From: Pocillopora damicornis
Taxonomy: Eukaryota
Reading direction: 5' to 3'
DNA: 64,000 nucleotides
Assembly: GCF_003704095.1 (NCBI RefSeq)
Contig: NW_020846747.1
Location: 310,001 to 374,000 of the forward strand
Shown here: positions 51,101 to 64,000 of the stretch, piece by piece
Numbering within the stretch: the stretch's first letter is position 1
How the letters are laid out: each line of letters begins with the position of its first letter
Made by a program: the position numbers and the translations under genes
Notes under the pieces: generated by a model
What the model was told of the DNA's origin: nothing
The model's database searches: none
What the model saw: the letters and a program-made list of their open reading frames with translations, nothing else

Positions 51101-51998
51101 AAGGTGGTAAAGGTGGGTGGCCATAGGCAGGAGGAGATGGAGGTCCACCACAACCCATTGGCTGCCCACCTGGAGAAGGTAATGGTGGTAGCGGAAGATT
51201 CCCGCCAGACAAAGATGAAGGAGGTAAAGTTGGGTGACCATCAGCTGGAAGGGATGGAGGTCCATCGCCAGCCAGTGGCTGCGCATCTGGAGAAGGTAAT
51301 GGTGGTTGTAGAGGATCCCCACCAGATGAAGGCGAAGGACTCGCAGTTGGGTGGCCATCGGATGGAGGAGGTGGAGGGTAAGGAGGATTCCTATCAGACG
51401 ACGATGATGGAGAGGAAGGTAAATGGGCACCGGCTGGAAATGATGACTGAGATGGAGACCCACCGCTGGCTGAAGATGTTGGAGGAGAATATAACTCACC
51501 TTCTGGAGAAGATGATGAGTGCGGAGGATTTCCGCCAGCCGAAGGTGAAGGAAGTGAAGGTCGGGGGCCATTGGCTGGAACAAATGGAGGTACAGGCCCA
51601 CTGCCTGCCAGATATGAAAACTTATATATTAATTAAAAATTTACATTTATCAAATTTAAATTGGAAATATAAAATGATAGAAAGGAGTTCATTATTATTT
51701 AAGAAGCAAACTGTAAAAAATCAAAACTTTGACGACATTGAACTTTAGTTTTGAAAAAACTCTGACCTCACCAGAGGCTTAGCTATGAGAAGGTATCTTC
51801 AAAGGATCTGCTTTGCAAAATGTTATTCACCTGTTACAACCACAAAGAAGGATTGTTAAAAAAATAAGTTTTTATCATGTAGACTGGATTACCTGAGACA
51901 CTGCTTTGAGCGCTTTTCGCTTCATTGTGGAAAAGGACCGTCGCGTAGAATGCCACAAACAAAGCTCTGGTCGAACGATGCCAAAGAAATGTATGCAT
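45199..51998 (-). CDS. Family-B (adhesion/Methuselah-like) 7TM receptor with Pro/Ser/Gly-rich stalk and somatomedin-B domain, about 1134 aa; exons 51998-51893, 51604-50480, 50260-50050, 49411-48081, 47051-46908, 46509-46373, 46022-45860, 45386-45199
   Basis: SMB TCKNRCG..CYCDKLCDGFGDCCFDF; Cys-rich FKNIFCARCN and FRNPQCALCN; 7tm_2 motifs NLPGKILINLAIS, LHFFVLSSFTWMNVMAYD, AWGAP, MGLTW, NSLQGLFIF; all junctions GT-AG and 3405 nt open. The link of the first two exons is least certain. Confidence 0.85.
46060..46250. mobile_element. Palindromic Penelope-type repeat with both hammerhead cores mutated
   Basis: Plus arm CTGACGAAGGGTTAACGCTC-TAAA (G12 lost); minus arm TTGACGA...CTC-TTG-GAAA. Confidence 0.75.
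47502..47800. mobile_element. MITE with CAGGGTTCGTAC terminal inverted repeats
   Basis: cagggttcgtac ... gtaccaacccg; internal ttccaagg/ttccagga subrepeats. Confidence 0.65.
50690..51604 (-). repeat. Coding tandem repeats (about 30-40 aa units, SGGNPPLPPLPSPDGQPLAGGGPP) in the receptor stalk
   Basis: Direct translation of the minus-strand exon. Confidence 0.9.
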
Positions 51999-54900
51999 CC
52001 TTCTCAGATACCTGAAAGTTGATTAAGCATTGGTTTGAACAAGATATATTGCATATCTGATTGTGTAAAGAACCCTCGATATCCAGTTCCAACAAGAAAA
52101 ATTCTTGCCCTCTTTATCTACATCATTAGCCTTCGAAAACATATTAGTCGGTGTCCTTACGCGATTTTGCAAACAAAGCTTATGAGCGATGCTCCGATGT
52201 TTACATCAGGAGACATCTTAGGAAAAGAAATAAAAAAAAAAAAGAGAGAAAAAGAAAGAAGGAAACTATTAAATGTTGTTCACTTTCTCGTCTCCAATAC
52301 CCTGCAGATTTAGGTATCTTTTTTTCAGGTTTTCATTATGATTAAGTTGATGAATTTCGCGTACACTAAATTTATGGTGTCGGTAACTTGACATAACCGT
52401 GTCACCACTGTCATAAACACATATGTGCAAACATTGTCATTGCTTGATCAAAGATTGTTATTAAGACTCAATGTTAAAACGAAAAAGAAAAAAATTTATA
52501 GCAAAAAATTACAGTAAGTTACCAAAAGGAACAAAACCGAACCAAACAGTTAAGACTTTGATTGCAAACATCTTCTGAACCTCTTTCCGCAAACCATAAT
52601 TGATGGGTCTGCATAGAAAACTCTTTATTGCATCTTACTATTGTATTACGCGTTAGTAAACAGGTGGCGATATTGAATTTACAGGGAATTTATTTTTTTT
52701 TTTCCCCAATCCTCACAAAAAAAGTTCACTTTCAAGAGACATCTGATTCCATGGCAGTTCTAACAGCGATATCATTCGTAAAAAATGACCTCGATTAAAC
52801 TCCGATTGATATTACAGATGCTTCACTCCAAGGTTACAATCTGGTTGTAGCTGACAAACTTTGACAATAATTTATTCATGTGTCAAATCTCTACATCAGG
52901 ATATTCGAAACTTCAGCCCAGGAAATAATCGCGGTATTAAACGCATCGGAAGTAAAACGATATTTTAGTTTGGGGAAAAAAAGAAAAGAAAATTTGTAAA
53001 CACTGTTTTAAAACGTTAAAGAATCAAGCAAAGATGTCGGTTTAATTTCTGAAGACCGCGGATTTTGTAACAGTAATCAGCTGGAAAAATCATATTGACA
53101 ATTTCAGACTTTTAACTGGTTCAACAATTTGAAGAAAATTAACTAATCCTTCTCCCTTCATTTGCTATCGAAGACTCTCATTAAGTTTCCAACATAGCCT
53201 TTACTTTTAATCAAGTAAAATTGCCAATTTAAGTTCTCTGGCGAGGAAATTTAAACACTTTCCGTTTAAAAATACGCCTTCCTCTTTTCATTTTACCAAT
53301 TAATTAATCCTGGAAAAAATGAAAATGTATCATATGCACGGTTCCTAACCTTGACTTGTCTTTTGAGTTTAGCACCACTTGCAGTTTCGTAATCGTCAGA
53401 AATATTTACTCCTGGTCCGCTAGTTTGGCAGTAAATTGTGAATTCTACACGAGGCACAAACTCATCAAGGAAGAATCAACACAATCAATGTTCGATCTCG
53501 ATTTCACAGATAGACTGAGCTTATCTAGATAAAAAGGCACATCCCCGCACGATGAGGTTTAAAACGAGATCTCATGAAATCGTCATCTGTAAGGGGTAAG
53601 GCTACTAATTGCTGCTATATTGCCTTCAGGGTTACAAATAAATTAAAATCAATTTTATTACCTCAATCAATAGGTCATAATTTGTCAGTTGTGTTTTTTC
53701 AGCCGCTCCAAGGTGAAATTTCTCTTCGAATGTGCTGATAAAAGCCAAATGTCTAAGAAATTTCTTACAACACAATGATAGGTCATTTCCTAACGAGCTC
53801 GAAACGCTTAATTGAAATGCGCAAATAAGAGTAGATTTCAAAGTTCGTTTAATTCTGCTATGTGACCTGTGGGTCATAAATAGGCCAAAATTGGACCATA
53901 ATTACAATCTTCAAAACATGAAAAAATATAATTAGTATTGTGATAAAAAAAACTGCATTTTAAAATGAAAGCAATTATCCGGGTAAAAGGCTTTTCTACT
54001 AAAAGGTGCGAGAAATTCTGTTTTCCTACCGTCAAAACAGAATTTCTCGCACGTTTTAGTAATGTATTCAGGTCTAAAGAGTCACTTGTCACCTTAATCA
54101 GTTTCACCTGACACCCTCAGGTTCGTCCCAAAAACGAAATTCAAAAAAATTCGAAAAATTTTTTTTTCTACGGGAGCGAGAGCATAGCGCATAAATTCCC
54201 TATAAATCGAACTTTACTTACTCGACTATTCCGAGGAATTTGACTGAAAATTACTACCAAGAGGCTCTGCCAACGCAACCGACGTTTGGGTTTAGTATTT
54301 CAGCAACAAAATATATGGCTTTCACTGCAAAAGAGAGTTATTAACCGTAATTAGCACTTTTCAAATTTGTGTTAGAGATGGAGAGCCTTCAAATTGAGTT
54401 CATAGAAAAAAATTTAATTGATGTTCCTCTTCAGGTACGATAATAATTATTCCTGTCTTTCATAAATGTCTCCTTTTAAATTAAATGATTTAAGGGAGGT
54501 CAGATGAATACAAGCTTTAATGACGAAGTTGATTGCATCTGTTCACAGGACGGCGGGCGCAGTTCCTAAGCTCTTACACGCGCACTCTGTGGGTCGATGT
54601 TTGTGTAGCGGCACAATCCGTCGGGATTACGCATACCATCTAAACGTAACGAGAGGCACTTTTATGAGAGACCTTTAAAAACTCGTTCCGAGGGATCTCC
54701 CGATCAGTTTTAGGGTCAACGAACCCGTCATCCTGGAGAGAAGGACGAGAAAAGAGAGACTGACCGAAAGTTGAACCCTCCGTCTAACATAAAAACCAGT
54801 TTTGATCTTTTTTGGACCAACAAGATTCATTAGCGGTGAAAAAACACCCAGTTTGCAAACCTCAATCGATGTCCCGCGAAGAGATTCACAACTGCGCACG

Positions 54901-55905
54901 TTCGTTCCCTCCTGTCTTGCTCACCGATGAAAAATACTTCAATATTGGCAAGGGAGGCGCATGCATGCACGATCCGTACTTAGAAATTGCACTGTTTCAA
55001 CAAAAAAAAAAGTCTCTTTTGGCTAGATATTTTCAGCTCCATAGCTCAACTCCTTATGTATTATTTGCAAAATTGATAGACGAGTACACTAAATAGTATA
55101 CTAAATTTCTTGAGTGGAGAGGGAGAAAGGGGTCTTACGTGGAGAAAAATATTTATTCAGTGTTTTGAAAACTAACAAACTGGTTGCTGGCGCCTTAACC
55201 AGTCATTAATCGATGTGGCGATTTGTCTTTTTTGAGTCTTTCACTACATGGTTGACAAAGGTTCTGTTCTCCAGGAGATAACTATTTAGACAATAATATC
55301 TGGTTCATTTCTATAAAAACGTTTTACGACAATGTTTTACGACCTAAAATGTTGATGCGTATGCGCGTCGCTAATTCAACCTTTCTTTGAAGCCGCATTA
55401 TTGGAAGAGAGTCTAAATTATATCAGGACATCTGCTTAGTTTGATGGGGAAAATGTTCTTATGTATTTCGAATGCGACTAATAAATATTCGTGAAAAAAA
55501 AGGACCAGAGGAGCGAGTCCAGATAAATGAAAATCTGGATAATCGAGGTTCGACAGTAATAGCTTATTTTACCGAGCAAACCGTTGAGAAAAATCATTCT
55601 GTGACTAGGATCAATATTAAATTTAATACAGCTTTGTAGCTGAGCACCTAGCGCAGACCATCTTACAATTACAACACACACCATACATTATCCAGTTTTT
55701 CAAACACACACGTTTAAGATCCCTTGAAGCTTCTGAACAAACAACAGCTAAGAAATCATGATTCTACTACACTGAAATCAGTTCATGCCTTCTAGAGATA
55801 CAGATTTGCCTGGTGCTAACACTAAATTCAAATGGCTTTTTCCTTAAGTTCCTCCATCATAGCAGCTAGTGATAACAAGGCTGCTGGTCTTCCCACAGTG
55901 TTCCA

Positions 55906-62068
<6,163 letters not shown>

Positions 62069-62203
62069 TGCGAGTTAGTATTTTCCCTGAAATTAAAAAT
62101 AAACATTCTCTGATCAGGTAAAGGAAAGGTTGACCTTGAACAAAACGGTACCGATTCGGAAGGATTTGTAATAAAAAAAAGAATTATTAGCCCAATAACT
62201 TAC

Positions 62204-62315
62204 CTCCTAAGGCTAACAGACTTATGCTGCCACGTTCACTGATAGAATGGAACGATTTGGAACCGGCGTTGCACATCGAACTTCAAGTGAAGCTGGTGCT
62301 AGCATTTGATTGGTT
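62204..62315 (-). promoter_or_regulatory. GAPDH 5' non-coding exon and CCAAT box
   Basis: Donor GAG/GTAAGT at 62204/62203, acceptor TTTCAG before 62086; minus-strand CCAATCA at about 62307-62313. Confidence 0.6.
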
Positions 62316-63755
62316 GAGACGAAGTCAGCTGACCAGGATCGTGAAGCCCTGCACGGAAAAATCACCTGATTGTTGATTGTTGTACTTTTTGTTCAAACAA
62401 AGTGAATTCAACGTCACAGATTCCTCGCGCGACGACTTGAGGCGAGATGAGCATGTGTCTCGAGCGTGGTTGCTCATTGCGAAGCACTGGCCGGGTGCGA
62501 CTGTTTCTTTGGACTGTATGTGAACAGGGCTCGACCACGTCAAAGTTCTCCGCCAAATATGCACGACGGCTAAGGAAACAGGCATGCTATACGGAGAACG
62601 CATGGTAACGAAAATAAAAAGAGGGATCTTAATGTAACAGTCCATCAGAGGCAGCTGAAATAAGATTTACTTTAATTCTCATTACCTTTTTGCTGGATAA
62701 TGTAAAAATAATATAGGGAGAAACTAAATGTTAATCACTTGAAGGAGGTAAGGGTTAAAACTCTTTGGGCCAGTTATTAAAACAAAGTTTAGTTAATGTT
62801 AAGCAAAAACGCATTCTAAACTATCTTAAATTTAGCTGCATAATATGCAGCTAAATTTAAGAAATTCAATATATTATCTGCATATTAATTTTTGTGAAAA
62901 GCATAAAGGAGGCCGAAAGTTAACTCATAGAAAGACAATTATTTAATGAAAACAACCCTCTTAAAGAGAATATGCAAGGCCCTCTGCTTGCATAAAACCC
63001 ACAGTTTGAGTTGGACCTCATGTGAATAACAGGCCCTTTAAGTCCAGAAAATGGACAAAATTTGTTATTTGGAAATAATAATAAAAACAACTTGGTATAG
63101 TGACACATTTTGGAAGAATACAAGCCACAGAAAGCCCCTTCCTCTATAAAAAGTAATGCCAACAACTGTGTTGTGTTCAGTAATGTGGTCTGGAGTGTTT
63201 TCTGGTTTGAGATTGTTCAGTGAACAGAGAATTAAACTCTACACCCTAACATCAGTATGCATATTCTCCATACTGTCCTTTGTACATATCTTACTGTTCT
63301 GACAAAAAGAATTTGTTTAACAATAAAGAATTTCTCTGGTTGGTGATCATTTCCTGTATTCCTGTGACCTTACTGTGTGATTGAGGGGGGATTTCATTGG
63401 GAGAATTTAGTTGCAAGTCACTCTACAGCAGAGATTGCAACTATGGAAGTAAATGCTTTACAGTCATTTTCTACAATCATTGTGAACATCATAACTTTAC
63501 CCATTCATTTTCCCACTTCTTCTAAAAGTCTACCATCCATTTATCATAATTTCAGCTTTGGTGATTTGGTGTCAAGGCACATAATCTGTATTTTCTATAA
63601 GATCTTTTTCTTTCTACTCATCACGTGGTTCACAATGTACATTAGTAATGCAAAATCATTTATTTTTTCTCCTTAACAAAGGAAATATTTACAATAAAAT
63701 GTACAAACACTGTTAGCTTTTTATGTCAACTGAAAACAGATACAATGTAAGGTGA

Positions 63756-63854
63756 CTAAAACTTGAGAGTGAATCCAGCAACTGCTGCAGATCCCTTCTG
63801 GGAAGTTGGCATGCGGAATCCCAAGCTACCACTACCACTGTCACCCTCATCTGC
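63756..63854 (-). CDS. Terminal coding exon of an unidentified gene extending beyond the window (ADEGDSGSGSLGFRMPTSQKGSAAVAGFTLKF*)
   Basis: Pyrimidine-rich acceptor ttcatttag, 99 nt open to TAG, AATAAA on minus at 63659-63664; frame assumed phase 0. Confidence 0.65.
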   Translation of the reverse strand, partial: ADEGDSGSGSLGFRMPTSQKGSAAVAGFTLKF

Positions 63855-64000
63855 CTAAATGAACAAATAAACAAAAAGATAAATTTATAATAAATAAAAG
63901 ATAATAATAAAATTATTCATTAAAATACTGAATCAGAACCACAACAAAGATAGATAAAATACAGCTAATATAGTAAGTTACTAAACAAGAAAAAATTATA

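Noticed and set aside
50554-51748. Long overlapping ORFs on the plus strand and in alternative frames
   Set aside because: Expected by-product of repetitive Pro/Ser/Gly codons; only the minus Pro-rich frame has matching splice sites

Overview
Eukaryotic, intron-rich, AT-rich animal DNA, most likely a scleractinian coral (inferred from gene content and repeat families, not from a search), with one assembly gap (945-1317). Housekeeping genes assembled by hand from GT-AG splice sites: TAF10 (5'-partial), DCAF10, UGDH (13 coding exons), GAPDH (7 coding exons, minus strand), and the last exon of an unidentified minus-strand gene. The centre (13.4-43.3 kb) is a head-to-tail array of five intact four-exon paralogues encoding secreted ~516-537 aa proteins: signal peptide, PAN/apple, EGF, Ig, Ig, fibrinogen-related (Caspr-type) domain. 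They show variable loops, patchy near-identity suggestive of gene conversion, and a conserved promoter block. This is the best candidate for an undescribed system, a FREP-like diversified recognition family. Converging on it is a ~1134-aa family-B 7TM receptor with a Pro-rich stalk, a somatomedin-B domain and no visible GPS motif. Non-coding highlights are minimal hammerhead-ribozyme motifs in a Penelope-type repeat (one sense copy just 3' of array gene 1), a candidate box C/D snoRNA in GAPDH intron 6, and a nested retroelement cluster with an R4/Dong-type endonuclease fragment inserted in a (TAA)n tract. All gene models are manual and unverified by transcripts.
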